The notes beneath the pieces are model-generated. The model did no database searches. It was given only the letters and a program-made list of their open reading frames with translations, and was not told where the DNA came from. Shown here piece by piece: positions 44,405 to 56,392 of a stretch of DNA of 64,000 nt (the stretch's first letter is position 1; each line of letters starts with the position of its first letter). The position numbers were made by a program, and so were the translations under genes. Source of the stretch: Cyanobacteriota bacterium (lineage in GTDB: Bacteria > Cyanobacteriota > Cyanobacteriia > PCC-6307 > Cyanobiaceae); contig JBJOMY010000007.1 of assembly GCA_046052125.1 (NCBI GenBank), positions 11,114 through 75,113 of the forward strand. The letters are read 5' to 3'.

Positions 44405-44408
44405 GGCT

Positions 44409-46016
44409 TCAGCCCTTCAGCTGCAGCTGGGCCCGCAGCCGCAGGGCGCGGGCGGAGGGGCCATCACCCTCCAGGCTCAGGGCTGCCCCATCCACCAAGG
44501 GAGTGAGCGAACTGCTGGAGAGGGCGCTGATCAGCCGCCAGGGCTGCCAACCCGCCAGCAGCTGCTGGGCCGTGGAGGCGTCCATGGCCCATTGGAAGGG
44601 GGCCTCTGGGGTTCCCAACGATTCCAGTTGGTCCAGACGCTGATCGGAACCGTGGTGGCCCTCGTCCTGCTGATTGAGCACCGCCAGCCCCTGTCCCCAC
44701 CAAGCCCAGCTGTTTTGCAGCGTGCGCGCCCCTGCCAACTGGGCCTGCAGCTGATCGGGATTGCCCTTCACCGGCTTCGACTCCAAACGAGTCCAGGCCT
44801 GAAGCGCAAGGCCACGGCTCTGCAGCGGCGAGCTGCTGTAGCCCTCAGCCGACAGGGAGGCATCGAGGGCATCGAGGGGCGGTTGTTGAGCCGTTGTGCC
44901 AAGCAGCCAGCCATCGCGCGACTGCGCCCACAGCAGCGGGCCATGATCCGCCGCCGCCACCAGAGCAGGCAGGGCACCGGGCATGCGATTGAGGGCCTGA
45001 CGCAGCAGGGGGGAGAGCAGCTCGCCCCAGGGATTCGGGTCAGCCTCCAGCACCTGAGCTGGATCGCTCAGTAGAGCGAGGCTAGTGGCGGACACCTGAA
45101 GCTGCTTCTGCAAAGCCTGCGGTGGCGCGGGCAACGCAGGAAGCCCCTGACGCAACTGTGTGATGGCATCCAGCTGCAAGCCACGGCCCGAGGGGGCGAC
45201 CGCCGCCACCAGCTCAATCGCGGGCGACTCCGCATCGGCATCTCCAGAGCTGGTGGCGGCCGGGAGACCCAACCACTGCTCCATGGCCTGCGGACGGGCG
45301 GTGAGCAGGGCCACACCTCGGCCGAGACGATCCACGGCCTGCTGCAGCGGAACGCTGGCGGCCTGATTCAGTTCATCAATCTGGGACACGTCGAGGGCCT
45401 GCTCGAGAACGCCTCGACCTGAGGCGATCAGCACCAACTCGTCGTTGATCAACGCTGTGGCCAGCGGCTGCGGCTCCTGCCCCAGCAGGGCGCCACGACC
45501 ACTGATCAGCCCCATGCCGCGATAGCTGCTGATCTGCAGATCAGTGCCAGCCAGGCTGCGGCTCTGCCAGAACCGCTGGAGAAAACGGCGCGCACCCTCA
45601 CTATCGCGGCTGCGCAGAGCCAGCACCCAACCGGGGGGCTCCTGCGCCGCCGGAGGGGTGAGCAAAGCAAAACTGCTTTCGCGCCCCAGCCAAGGAGCCA
45701 ACTCACTGGCGTAGTCGAGCCCGGCGGCAGCAAAGGCGCCATCACGCAGACGATCCGCGGCTGCCGCGGCCTCTCGGCGCTGGCGCGGCGCCGCCACGGC
45801 GCGTGCGTAGGCAGCAGGCTGCTCAGGCGAGAGCAACCAGTGCACGCTCAGGGGCGCCGTGCGGGGCACAAAGCGGGCCGCCAGGGGCAAGGCGAGGCGC
45901 TGGTTCTGCAACCCCAGCGGACTGTGCTGCAGGAGCAACCACCAGCCCGCGGCTCCCAAGCTCAGCAAGGCCACGGCCGCCGCCAACACTGCCGCCAGGA
46001 AGGGGCGGGCCTTCAT
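44409..46016 (-). CDS. DUF3352-like conserved cyanobacterial protein
   Basis: N-terminal anchor, FVPRTA, GLDYASELAPWLG, SYRGM; sits next to gltA/sixA. Confidence 0.7.
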   Translation of the reverse strand: MKARPFLAAVLAAAVALLSLGAAGWWLLLQHSPLGLQNQRLALPLAARFVPRTAPLSVHWLLSPEQPAAYARAVAAPRQRREAAAAADRLRDGAFAAAGLDYASELAPWLGRESSFALLTPPAAQEPPGWVLALRSRDSEGARRFLQRFWQSRSLAGTDLQISSYRGMGLISGRGALLGQEPQPLATALINDELVLIASGRGVLEQALDVSQIDELNQAASVPLQQAVDRLGRGVALLTARPQAMEQWLGLPAATSSGDADAESPAIELVAAVAPSGRGLQLDAITQLRQGLPALPAPPQALQKQLQVSATSLALLSDPAQVLEADPNPWGELLSPLLRQALNRMPGALPALVAAADHGPLLWAQSRDGWLLGTTAQQPPLDALDASLSAEGYSSSPLQSRGLALQAWTRLESKPVKGNPDQLQAQLAGARTLQNSWAWWGQGLAVLNQQDEGHHGSDQRLDQLESLGTPEAPFQWAMDASTAQQLLAGWQPWRLISALSSSSLTPLVDGAALSLEGDGPSARALRLRAQLQLKG

Positions 46017-46093
46017 GGGTTGCCTGCAGGACTGGCCTCATCTTTATGCATGGGGGCAGTGTTTGGCACCCTGAGCAGCCCTAGCTTCTGGCG

Positions 46094-46438
46094 ATGAGCA
46101 CACCCACACCCCTCAGCGCCCACCAACTGCACCAGCGCCTCGAAGCCGGTGAGCCGTTGCAGCTCGTGGATGTGCGCGAGTCAATGGAACTGGAGCTGGC
46201 GCGGCTCAACGCGCCTGTGGTTCACCTACCGCTGAGCGAATCGGAGCGGTGGATCCCCTCCCTGCGGGAGCAGCTCGATGCCGAACGGGATGTGGTGGTG
46301 CTGTGCCACGCCGGCATCCGCAGCTGGCAATTCGGCTGCTGGCTGATGGAGGCCCAGGGCTTCCCACGGGTGTGGAACCTGCAGGGCGGCATCGACGCTT
46401 GGAGCGCCGAGGTTGATCCGAGCGTGCCGCGCTACTGA
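46094..46438 (+). CDS. Rhodanese-like domain protein
   Basis: LVDVRE, VLCHAGIRS, NLQGGIDAWS...VPRY. Confidence 0.9.
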   Translation: MSTPTPLSAHQLHQRLEAGEPLQLVDVRESMELELARLNAPVVHLPLSESERWIPSLREQLDAERDVVVLCHAGIRSWQFGCWLMEAQGFPRVWNLQGGIDAWSAEVDPSVPRY

Positions 46439-46488
46439 GCCGCAACCGCCCCTACGATCCCCGCACCTCTCGCACCAGGCGCGTTTCC

Positions 46489-47481
46489 GTGCAGCCGTTG
46501 CCCCGCCGGCAAGAGCAGGTGCTGCAGGCCACCGTGCGCCACTACGTGGACACCACCGAGCCGGTGGGCAGCAAAACCCTGGTGCAGCGCTTCGGGCTGG
46601 AGGCGAGCCCGGCCACGATCCGCTCGGCGATGGGCGCCCTCGAACAGCGGGGTCTACTCACCCAGCCCCACACCTCCGCCGGCCGGGTGCCGAGCCCGCT
46701 GGGCTACCGGCACTTCGTGAACTGCTTATTACCGGCCCCCGGCGCGGCAGCCGGGCAGCTGCAGCGGGAACTGATGGGCTTGAGCCTGCAGTGGGCCGCC
46801 CTCGACGACCTCCTGCTGCACCTGGCCCGCCGGCTCGCGGATCTCACCGGTCTGCTGAGCCTGATCACCCGGCCGCAGCGCCTCACCCCCGGGCTACAAA
46901 CCGTGCGTCTGGTGCCCAGCGGCGATCGCCTGCTGGTGTTTCTGGTGGATGGAGGGGCCTGCGCCACGAGCCTCAACCTGCGCCTGCCGCATGGCAGCGC
47001 GCACAACCTGCCCGCCCTGGAACGCTGGGTGAGCGATCAGCTGGCCCAGGGAGCTATCAACTGGCAGAGCCTGCCGCCGCAGCTCCAGGGCTGCGGTGAT
47101 TTGCTGCGCCAGGGGCTGATCAGCCACCACCAGGCCAGCGCCAGCCAACCCAGCAGCGCCGTCACCCTCGGCCTGGGCGGTTTGCTGAGCCAGCCGGAAT
47201 TCCAACGCAGTGAAAGTCTGCGGCCGCTGCTGCAGTTGGTGGAACAGGAGCCGCAGCGGGTGTTGCAGGCGGATCAGGTGAGTCCGCTCGGGGGCGTGTG
47301 GATCGGTGCCGAGCACCCGGATCCGGCACTGCACCAATGCGCGGTGGTGCAGTCGCGCTACGACACCGCCACTGGCGGTTCGGGCCAGGTGGCCCTGATC
47401 GGACCAATGCGGATGCCCTATGCCACAGCCCGCTCAGCCGTGCAGGCGGTGGCCAACACGCTGGAACGGCTGCTGAGCTGA
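46489..47481 (+). CDS. hrcA: Heat-inducible transcription repressor HrcA
   Basis: EPVGSKTL, SPATIRSAM, QPHTSAGRVPS, IGPMRMPY. Confidence 0.92.
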   Translation: MQPLPRRQEQVLQATVRHYVDTTEPVGSKTLVQRFGLEASPATIRSAMGALEQRGLLTQPHTSAGRVPSPLGYRHFVNCLLPAPGAAAGQLQRELMGLSLQWAALDDLLLHLARRLADLTGLLSLITRPQRLTPGLQTVRLVPSGDRLLVFLVDGGACATSLNLRLPHGSAHNLPALERWVSDQLAQGAINWQSLPPQLQGCGDLLRQGLISHHQASASQPSSAVTLGLGGLLSQPEFQRSESLRPLLQLVEQEPQRVLQADQVSPLGGVWIGAEHPDPALHQCAVVQSRYDTATGGSGQVALIGPMRMPYATARSAVQAVANTLERLLS

Positions 47482-47484
47482 GCT

Positions 47485-48759
<1,275 letters not shown>

Positions 48760-48910
48760 TGCAGCGTAGGAACTGGCGGTGGCGGCAGGACGGGCCAGCC
48801 AGCCGGCTCGTCAAAACGCACCATCTCCAGCTGCAGAGGAGGCATCTCCATCGAGCGAGACGGCGCTGTCCAACCCGTGCGCTGAACTGGGTGTAGCGAA
48901 CAACCAAGCA

Positions 48911-49234
48911 ATGGCCAAGGGCGGCTGGCAGGAATTCAGCAGGCCGGAGAGCCTGCAGCGAGGGATGCCAGCGTCGGACCCCACCCCGAAAAACCAGCAG
49001 CGCGTGCGGGTGCAACGCACCAAAGCTGGCAAGGGCGGAAAGATGGTGACGGCGATCACCGGTCTAGAAGCAGCTGAAGCCGAGCTGAAGGCCCTGCTAA
49101 AGCAGCTCAAGGCCGCAGCCGGCACCGGCGGCACCGTGAAAGACGGGGTGATTGAACTGCAGGGCGATCAGGTAGCGCCTGCGCTCGCTGCACTCGAGAA
49201 GGCGGGCTACAAACCAAAACAGGCCGGAGGTTGA
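48911..49234 (+). CDS. Translation initiation factor SUI1 (YciH-like)
   Basis: GKGGKMVT, GTGGTVKDGVIELQGD. Confidence 0.9.
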   Translation: MAKGGWQEFSRPESLQRGMPASDPTPKNQQRVRVQRTKAGKGGKMVTAITGLEAAEAELKALLKQLKAAAGTGGTVKDGVIELQGDQVAPALAALEKAGYKPKQAGG

Positions 49235-49238
49235 GGCA

Positions 49239-50366
49239 TTGCTGAAACCCTCCCTCGGCCTGCTCCTGGCGGGCAGCCTGCTGAGTGGTCCTCAGGCGGC
49301 GCTTGCTGAAACCAGCAAGGACTGCCAAACCGCTCTGGCAGCAGCAGCGCAGCAGCAAAGCGATCTGCTGCAGCGCGCACCAGAGTTGGCTGTGCTGATG
49401 CTGGGCGAAATCCACACCAGCAGCGCCGACCATGAGTGGCAGCTGCGCACCCTCGAGCGGTTGAGCTTGCAACGCCAACTGGTGCTCGGACTCGAGATGA
49501 TTCCGGCAGCCCGGCAACCTGTTCTCAACCGCTTCAACAACGGTGAGATCGATCTGGCGACCTTGCCGAAGGAGGTGGACTGGGCATCGGTCTGGGGCCA
49601 TGACCCTGAGCTGTATGCACCCTTGCTGCGCTGGGCTCGCTTGAAACGAGTGCCCCTACTGGCCCTGAATGCCGAGCCTGCGCTTGTTCGGCAGGTGAGA
49701 CAAGGCGGGTTGGCGGCGCTTTCACCGGCTCAGCTCCAAAGAATCGACCAACCAGCACCGGCCAGCCAGGCCTATCGCCAACGGTTGACCATCAGCTGGC
49801 GAGTGCACCAACCCCCGGGGGATTCACACAGCAACGCTGCAGACCTGGAGCGCTTCATCGATAGCCAAGTGCTGCGTGACCGCGTGATGGCCAAGCGACT
49901 CCTGGCTGCTCATCGCCTGAATCCCCAGCCGTTGCTGGTGGCCCTCATCGGGGCGGGGCACATGGAAGGGAACGATGGCGTTCCCCAACAGCTCCAGCAG
50001 CTCGGCCTCAAACAACAACTCGCCCTCAAGCGCCCCCTTCTGCCGGATGGCTGCGTTCCACCCCCGAGTGGTGCACGTTTAGGTGCCTTCCTGGAAAGCG
50101 ATCCGTCCGGGGTCTGGGTGCGCCAGGTAGCGCCTGGGTCTGCAGCCGCGGCGGCAGGGCTGCGACCAGGCGATCGAATCCTTGAACTGAACGGACAGAG
50201 TGTTCAACGGGCCGGCCAGGTGATCCGTGGGGTGCGGCTCCATCCCGATGGCGTTCAGCTGCGATTGACCATCGAACGCAAAGGCCAGCGCATCCAGTTG
50301 GACCTGCAGCTGCCCGCCTCGAACGAACCGGCGATTGCCGCCAGGGACAATGGCGCCAACGTCTAG
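49239..50366 (+). CDS. Exported ChaN-family domain fused to a C-terminal PDZ domain
   Basis: Signal peptide; LGEIH, LGLEM, LLALN, QVLRD, GAGH; then [23 protein letters not shown] (PDZ). Confidence 0.8.
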   Translation: MLKPSLGLLLAGSLLSGPQAALAETSKDCQTALAAAAQQQSDLLQRAPELAVLMLGEIHTSSADHEWQLRTLERLSLQRQLVLGLEMIPAARQPVLNRFNNGEIDLATLPKEVDWASVWGHDPELYAPLLRWARLKRVPLLALNAEPALVRQVRQGGLAALSPAQLQRIDQPAPASQAYRQRLTISWRVHQPPGDSHSNAADLERFIDSQVLRDRVMAKRLLAAHRLNPQPLLVALIGAGHMEGNDGVPQQLQQLGLKQQLALKRPLLPDGCVPPPSGARLGAFLESDPSGVWVRQVAPGSAAAAAGLRPGDRILELNGQSVQRAGQVIRGVRLHPDGVQLRLTIERKGQRIQLDLQLPASNEPAIAARDNGANV

Positions 50367-50373
50367 CGCCCTG

Positions 50374-51021
50374 ATGACCACGACCCCCTCCTACGGCGAA
50401 CTCACCACCAAAGGCGCCTCGACCAACATCGCCTGGCACCACGCCTCCGTGGATCGGGCGGCACGGGCAGAGCAGCGGGGCCATCGCAGCGCGATTCTGT
50501 GGTTCACCGGCCTGAGCGGCTCGGGCAAGAGCACCCTGGCCAACGCCGTGAACCAGGCCCTGTTCGAGCGGGGGCTGGCCTGCTACGTGCTCGATGGCGA
50601 CAACATCCGCCACGGCCTCTGCAAAGACCTCGGCTTCTCTGATGCCGACCGCGAAGAAAACATCCGCCGCATCGGTGAGGTGAGCAAGCTCTTCCTCGAT
50701 GCCGGCGTGGTGGTGCTCACCGCCTTCGTGTCGCCCTTCAAAGCCGATCGCGACCGTGCCCGCGCTCTGGTGGCTGCCGGTGATTTCGTGGAGATTCACT
50801 GCGCCGCCGACCTAGCCGTGTGCGAAGAGCGCGACACCAAAGGCCTCTACGCCAAGGCCCGCGCCGGCGAGATCAAGGAATTCACCGGGATCTCCAGCCC
50901 CTATGAGGCCCCCGAGGCGCCCGAGCTGAAGGTGGACACCGGCAGCCAGACCCTCGAGCAGAGCGTGGAGCAGGTGCTCGCCTACCTGAGCGCTGAGGGC
51001 GTTATTCCCCAGCAGGGCTGA
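50374..51021 (+). CDS. cysC: Adenylyl-sulfate kinase
   Basis: [31 protein letters not shown]. Confidence 0.96.
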   Translation: MTTTPSYGELTTKGASTNIAWHHASVDRAARAEQRGHRSAILWFTGLSGSGKSTLANAVNQALFERGLACYVLDGDNIRHGLCKDLGFSDADREENIRRIGEVSKLFLDAGVVVLTAFVSPFKADRDRARALVAAGDFVEIHCAADLAVCEERDTKGLYAKARAGEIKEFTGISSPYEAPEAPELKVDTGSQTLEQSVEQVLAYLSAEGVIPQQG

Positions 51022-52102
51022 GGCCAGAGCTGCTCGGTGATGCCTGGCCCAGTCCCCGCTGCTGGGCCCAGGCATCGAGAAAGGTCTTCAGGCAGCTGGC
51101 CACCGGCACCGCCAGCAACAAACCGAGCAGGTCACCGAATCCCATCAGGTTGCCCACCCGTGCTCCTACGGGGAGCGACACCAATAGCCAGGCGGGTTGA
51201 AGCCCCACGATGCTGCCCATCAGCCGCGGCTGAATCACCTGATCCACCAGCTGGCCCACCGTGATCGCTGCAGCCAACACCTCGAGGGCCGTGCGCGGAT
51301 CATCCAGAGCCAGCAACACGCTCACCAACACGATCGTGACCGCGCTGGCGTAAGGCACCAAGGTGGTGAAGCCGATGGCGACGGCAAACAGCACCCCATA
51401 GGGGATGCCGAGCAACGTGAACACCACGATCTGCAGCACGCTGAGGATCAAAGCCAACAGCACCTGTCCGGCGAAGTAGCCCCGGAAGGTGCGATTGAGC
51501 GTGGTGGTGACCAGGTCGCGAACGCCGTCCGGCAGCCAGCGGGCCAGACCCGCCACGATCCGATCGCCGCCCAGCAGCAGGAAGACCGCCAGCACCGTGA
51601 CGATCACGGTGTTCACCGTGATGCCCACCGTGGCTCCAAGGATGCCAAGCAGGCGCTGGCTCAACTGACTGGCCAGCTGACTGGCCCGGGTGAACAGGGT
51701 GCTGCTGAGATCGGTGAATTCCGTTGGCAGGCCGCGATCCGCCGCCCAGGCCTCAAGGCGATCCAACCAGGCCTCGCCCTCCACCAGCCAGCCAGGCAGG
51801 GCGCTCACCAATTCACCCAGCTGCTCGATCAAGCGGGGCACCAGCCAGAGCGCCGACAGCACCAGCAGCCCGAAGCCAAGGCCCACCACTGCCAACACCG
51901 CCAGGAGCCGCGGCAAGCCCCGATCCGCCAGCCAACGGGTGGGCAGATCCAGCAAAAAGGCGATCAAAGCGGCCGCCAGGAACAGGGCCGGAAAGGGCGC
52001 CAGCGGCAGGAGCAGCTTCTGCAGCACCCATAAGTTGAGTCCAAGCAAGGGCAGCGCCAAGCTCAGCTGCAGCCACAGGGGCAGAACGAGGCGCTCGAGC
52101 AT
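51002..52102 (-). CDS. AI-2E family transporter
   Basis: Multi-TM; [24 protein letters not shown]. Confidence 0.88.
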   Translation of the reverse strand: MLERLVLPLWLQLSLALPLLGLNLWVLQKLLLPLAPFPALFLAAALIAFLLDLPTRWLADRGLPRLLAVLAVVGLGFGLLVLSALWLVPRLIEQLGELVSALPGWLVEGEAWLDRLEAWAADRGLPTEFTDLSSTLFTRASQLASQLSQRLLGILGATVGITVNTVIVTVLAVFLLLGGDRIVAGLARWLPDGVRDLVTTTLNRTFRGYFAGQVLLALILSVLQIVVFTLLGIPYGVLFAVAIGFTTLVPYASAVTIVLVSVLLALDDPRTALEVLAAAITVGQLVDQVIQPRLMGSIVGLQPAWLLVSLPVGARVGNLMGFGDLLGLLLAVPVASCLKTFLDAWAQQRGLGQASPSSSGLSPAGE

Positions 52103-52117
52103 TCGCAGCCCGCTAGA

Positions 52118-52744
52118 TCAGCTCTGAACCTTCAGCTTGGCGGCACCAGCGCTGGCCTGCCACCAGAACGAGAGCCAGCAGACGATCCCAAGGAACTTGG
52201 CCCCTTCTTCGTAGAGCTGAAGGGTGGTGTAGGGCACCGGAATCAACTCCTGGAGCAGGTCGAGCAACACCGATAGGCCCAAAAGCGCCACCGCCAGGAT
52301 GAAACTGCCTCCCCCAAGGGCAAGCACCTGCTGGCGAAAGCGAAACAGGATCAGCAGCGCGAACACCGCATACAGCCCATACAAAAAGCTGGAGCCGATG
52401 TAGCGGTCGTGCAGGAGGAACATGTCGTCCAAGCAGAGCAGCAGGGAAAAGCCACCACCACAGAGCAGCAGCTGCCGTTCCCGGCCGCGCACCCCACCCA
52501 CCCGGGCCAGCGCCGTGAACAAGGCGATCGCTGCCGCTGAGATCCAAAGCAGGTAGCCGAGGTTGGACAGGAAGCCAACGCCCAACGGCGTATCGCAACT
52601 CTGCGCCAGATCTCGGATCACGAGCTGGGAATTCACCCCCGCAGCGCTACTCAGCGCCAGCGCCAGCAGGTACACGACCAGAGCAGGCAGCAAGCCCACC
52701 AGCACAGTCCGCACGACAGGACGGTTCGGCATCAGCCCGCGCAA
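52118..52744 (-). CDS. Hypothetical multi-pass membrane protein
   Basis: About 6 hydrophobic helices; LDDMFLLHD and EEGAKF motifs. Confidence 0.7.
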   Translation of the reverse strand: MRGLMPNRPVVRTVLVGLLPALVVYLLALALSSAAGVNSQLVIRDLAQSCDTPLGVGFLSNLGYLLWISAAAIALFTALARVGGVRGRERQLLLCGGGFSLLLCLDDMFLLHDRYIGSSFLYGLYAVFALLILFRFRQQVLALGGGSFILAVALLGLSVLLDLLQELIPVPYTTLQLYEEGAKFLGIVCWLSFWWQASAGAAKLKVQS

Positions 52745-52784
52745 ATGACTGGATCCAGCGAAGCAGATCCCGCCCAGCGCCGCC

Positions 52785-53318
52785 TCACATCTGGGCCAGA
52801 TAAGCGGCGCTGCCTAACTCCAGTAGGCGTTGATCCTTCGCCACCACCTGATCATGCAGGCCCTGGCGATAAGCCTGAACGCGCCCGGCCAGATCTGAAT
52901 CAGCCGTGGCCAGGATCTGGGCGGCCAGCAGCCCGGCGTTGGCACCGGTACCGATCGCCACGGTGGCCACGGGGATGCCGGCGGGCATCTGCACGATCGA
53001 GTGCAACGAGTCCACGCCGGAGAGGGCGCGGGTTTGCACGGGTACGCCGATCACCGGCAGGGTGGTGAGCGAGGCCACCATGCCCGGCAGATGGGCGGCG
53101 CCGCCGGCGCCGGCAATGATCACCTTGAAACCGCGGTCGGCGGCCTGCTGGGCAAACGCCACCATTTCGAGGGGCGTGCGATGGGCCGAGAGCACCCGCA
53201 CCTCGGTGGCCACGCCGAAGTTCTGCAGCATCTCCACCGCAGGCTGCATGGTGGGCAGATCGGAATCGCTGCCCATCACCACAGCAACGAGCGGTGCGGG
53301 GGCGGACAGATCAGACAT
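52785..53318 (-). CDS. purE: N5-CAIR mutase
   Basis: [32 protein letters not shown]. Confidence 0.97.
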   Translation of the reverse strand: MSDLSAPAPLVAVVMGSDSDLPTMQPAVEMLQNFGVATEVRVLSAHRTPLEMVAFAQQAADRGFKVIIAGAGGAAHLPGMVASLTTLPVIGVPVQTRALSGVDSLHSIVQMPAGIPVATVAIGTGANAGLLAAQILATADSDLAGRVQAYRQGLHDQVVAKDQRLLELGSAAYLAQM

Positions 53319-53371
53319 CAGTGAAAGCCTGCGAAGCCGGCGAGGATGGCATTCTCACGCCCTGCCGCCCG

Positions 53372-54505
53372 ATGCGCTGGCTCAGCTCCGTTCGCCTGCC
53401 AGCTATCGACGGCCTGTGGCGGATCGGCGTGGATGGAGAGGAGCGCATCACTGCGGTGCACCCCTTGCCCCCCGGCAGCAGCTCCGCCGGTGAGGATTGG
53501 AACTGCGACTGGCTCAGTCCGATGGGGGTGGACCTGCAGATCAACGGCGGTCTTGGGCTGGCCTTCCCCGAGCTGAGCTCCAGCGATCTGCCCAACCTGC
53601 TGGAGTTACTGGAGCTGCTGTGGCGCGATGGCGTGGAGGCGATCGCCCCCACCCTGGTGACCTGCGGCGTAGCGGAACTGCGCCAGGCACTGGGGGTGCT
53701 GCGCGAGGCGAGGGCGCTACACCAGCCGGGGCGCTGCCAGCTACTGGGGGCCCATCTGGAGGGGCCCTTCCTGGCAGAGGCGCGGCGGGGGGCCCATCCG
53801 CGCCAGCACCTGGCGGCACCGAGCCTGGAGGCGCTCAACAGCCGCATCGGCGGCTTCGAGCAGGAGATCAGCCTGGTGACCCTGGCCCCTGAACTCGATG
53901 GTGCCGATGCCGTGATCGAGGCCTTGCTGCAGCTGGGCATCCAGGTGAGCCTTGGCCACAGCGAAGCCAATGAAGCCCAGGCCAGCGCAGCCTTTGAAAG
54001 CGGCGTGGGGATGATCACTCACGCCTTCAACGCCATGGCCGGGCTGCACCACCGGGCCCCCGGGCCCATCGCCGCGGCCGCCCTACGAGGCGATGTGGCC
54101 CTGGGGCTGATCGCCGACGGCGTGCATGTGGCGCCGTCGATGGCGGTGCTGTTGCAGCGGTTGATGCCCAATCAGGTGGTGCTGGTGAGCGATGCCCTCG
54201 CCCCCTATGGCCTGGCCGATGGCGTGCACCGCTGGGATGAACGGGCGCTGATCGTGGAGAAGGGCAGCTGCCGGCTGGAGGACGGCACCCTGGCCGGGGT
54301 GACCCTGCCTCTGCTCGAGGCCGTGCGGCGCCTGGCCAGCTGGAGCGGCAAAGCAGGCCAGGCCATTGCGGCAGCCACGCTGCTGCCGCGACGCGTACTG
54401 GGCGAGCAGCGCGGGAGTCAGGAACTGCTCTTGGGCCGACCGCTGGCCCACTGCCTGCGCTGGAGCGGCCCGGCTCAGGATCTGCGCTGGCAACGGGCGG
54501 CCTGA
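53372..54505 (+). CDS. nagA: N-acetylglucosamine-6-phosphate deacetylase
   Basis: DLQINGG, HLEGPFL, THAFNAM, IADGVHV, SDALAP. Confidence 0.9.
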   Translation: MRWLSSVRLPAIDGLWRIGVDGEERITAVHPLPPGSSSAGEDWNCDWLSPMGVDLQINGGLGLAFPELSSSDLPNLLELLELLWRDGVEAIAPTLVTCGVAELRQALGVLREARALHQPGRCQLLGAHLEGPFLAEARRGAHPRQHLAAPSLEALNSRIGGFEQEISLVTLAPELDGADAVIEALLQLGIQVSLGHSEANEAQASAAFESGVGMITHAFNAMAGLHHRAPGPIAAAALRGDVALGLIADGVHVAPSMAVLLQRLMPNQVVLVSDALAPYGLADGVHRWDERALIVEKGSCRLEDGTLAGVTLPLLEAVRRLASWSGKAGQAIAAATLLPRRVLGEQRGSQELLLGRPLAHCLRWSGPAQDLRWQRAA

Positions 54506-54547
54506 ATAGGATCCGCGCTTCTCTCTCCACGCCCCAGGCCCGAGCCG

Positions 54548-55273
54548 ATGCCCGCCGAGCAGCTTCTCAACAGCACCGAGGCCCAGAAAGCCGCCGAGAA
54601 GCAGGAGGTGAAGGGCTACTTCGAAACCACAGGCTTCGATCGCTGGAACCGCATCTACAGCGATTCCGACGACGTGAACAAGGTGCAGCGCAATATCCGC
54701 ATCGGCCACCAAAAAACGGTGGACAACGTGCTTGCCTGGCTGCAGGAGCAAGGCAACCTGGCCGGCCGCAGCTTCTGCGATGCCGGCTGCGGCGTGGGCA
54801 GCCTCACCCTGCCCCTGGCCCAGCTCGGAGCTGGCTCGATCGCTGCCTCCGACCTCTCCGCCGCGATGGTGCAGGAGGCCGAGCGGCGGGCGAACGAGGC
54901 CGGCGTGCAGAAGGGCCAAATCAGCTTCCTGGCCTCCGATCTGGAGAGCCTCAGCGGCCGCTTCAACACCGTGGTTTGCCTGGACGTGTTCATTCACTAC
55001 CCCCAGCAGCCAGCCGAGGAGATGGTGCGGCACCTGGCCTCGATGGCCGAACAGCATCTGATCGTGAGCTTCGCCCCCTACACGCCGCTGTTGGCGCTGC
55101 TCAAAGGCATTGGCCAGCTCTTCCCGGGCCCCAGCAAAACCACCCGCGCTTACACCCTGAAGGAGGCAGGCATCGTGAAGGCGGCCGAGGAAGCGGGCTT
55201 CGTGCTCAAGCGCCGCAGCCTCAACAAGGCTCCCTTCTATTTCTCTCGCTTGCTGGCGTTCGAAAAGGCCTGA
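54548..55273 (+). CDS. chlM: Mg-protoporphyrin IX methyltransferase
   Basis: YFETTGFDRWNRIY, CDAGCGVG, CLDVFIHYP, FYFSRLL. Confidence 0.96.
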   Translation: MPAEQLLNSTEAQKAAEKQEVKGYFETTGFDRWNRIYSDSDDVNKVQRNIRIGHQKTVDNVLAWLQEQGNLAGRSFCDAGCGVGSLTLPLAQLGAGSIAASDLSAAMVQEAERRANEAGVQKGQISFLASDLESLSGRFNTVVCLDVFIHYPQQPAEEMVRHLASMAEQHLIVSFAPYTPLLALLKGIGQLFPGPSKTTRAYTLKEAGIVKAAEEAGFVLKRRSLNKAPFYFSRLLAFEKA

Positions 55274-55277
55274 AGCA

Positions 55278-56042
55278 GTGGAGCCCTCCCAGCTGCTGAT
55301 TCCGGCGCTGCTGGGAGCCGGAGCCATCGCCTCCGGCCTTGCTCGCCGTCATCAGGTCCGCCAATTGAGCCACCTGCTGGATGCCCGCAGCACCAGCGTG
55401 GCCGAGCTGCTGGATCTGCAGCGCACCGTGGCCGAGCAGATGGGCGCCGGCTCCTTCAGCGAGCGGGTGAAGCTCTCGGGAGAGATCGTGTGCAACGAGC
55501 CGCTCACGGCCCCATGGAGCGGTGAGCCGTGCATTGCCTTCAGGCAGAGCACCACAGCCCTGCTGGAGGTGAGGGAGGAACGCACCAGCAGCGACAAGGA
55601 AGGCAACACGACAACCGACGTGTACTGGGAACGCCGGGAGGACACCATCAGCACCCTCGAGCGCCGCTGCAGCTTTGAACTACGTCAGGGTCAGCAGAGC
55701 CTGAGGCTGGATCCTGAGGGCGCGGAACTTGAGCTTGAACCGGTGTTCAGCGAGATGAGCCCCGCCAGCAACCCAGACACCTTCAACACGCGCCAGTTGG
55801 GCATCCGCCGCGAGGAAGCGGTGCTCCGCCCCACGGGCATGGCCTTTGTGGTGGCCGAGTGCAGCGATGCCAGCGGCACCCTCACCCTGCAGGCCCCCAG
55901 CGAGCAGGGGATGTTCGTGGTGCGTCGCGGCAGTGAAGCTGAATTCAGTCGCAACATCCGACGCTGGCGACGGGTCTGGACTGTGAGCACCTGGGTGTTG
56001 ACGCTTGCCGCAGCGCTAAGCGGGCTGCTGATCGCGCTGTAA
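55278..56042 (+). CDS. GIDE/BAM-domain-like membrane protein (N- and C-terminal TM helices, no RING)
   Basis: TM - VKLSGEIVCNEPLTAPWSGEPC - Glu/Thr-rich segment - REEAVL - TM, resembling the MUL1/SP1 intermembrane domain; GTG start. Confidence 0.65.
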   Translation: MEPSQLLIPALLGAGAIASGLARRHQVRQLSHLLDARSTSVAELLDLQRTVAEQMGAGSFSERVKLSGEIVCNEPLTAPWSGEPCIAFRQSTTALLEVREERTSSDKEGNTTTDVYWERREDTISTLERRCSFELRQGQQSLRLDPEGAELELEPVFSEMSPASNPDTFNTRQLGIRREEAVLRPTGMAFVVAECSDASGTLTLQAPSEQGMFVVRRGSEAEFSRNIRRWRRVWTVSTWVLTLAAALSGLLIAL

Positions 56043-56086
56043 CGACGCAAGCTGGAAGAGCAGTGATCTCCTGAACCAGGTCGCCC

Positions 56087-56392
56087 ATGTTCAAACAACT
56101 GCTTGCGTTGATGGGCTGCATCGGCCTGGCCCTGGTGCCAACAACCGCTCAAGCCTGGGAGCCTGGGGATGACTGGCAAGACAGCCAGTGCCGCACCACC
56201 CGCGATGAAGGGGGAAACAGCGTGGAGGTGTGCCAAGCCATCTATGACGGCAACAAGGTGTATCTCGGTGCTTATTGGAATGACGGCTCCGAAGTGGTGG
56301 GTCCCTGCTCCACCGAAGACCCTGAGCCGATCGAGTACAAGGGCATGACGAAGTCCGAAGCCCGCACCTGGGTGAAGACCTACTGCCCCTGA
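56087..56392 (+). CDS. Small secreted protein with four mature-region cysteines
   Basis: Signal peptide ending AQA, then an acidic ~78-aa domain ending TYCP. Confidence 0.75.
   Translation: MFKQLLALMGCIGLALVPTTAQAWEPGDDWQDSQCRTTRDEGGNSVEVCQAIYDGNKVYLGAYWNDGSEVVGPCSTEDPEPIEYKGMTKSEARTWVKTYCP

Noticed and set aside
46440-46488. CIRCE operator near hrcA
   Set aside because: No TTAGCACTC-N9-GAGTGCTAA seen upstream of hrcA, and none noticed elsewhere in the window.
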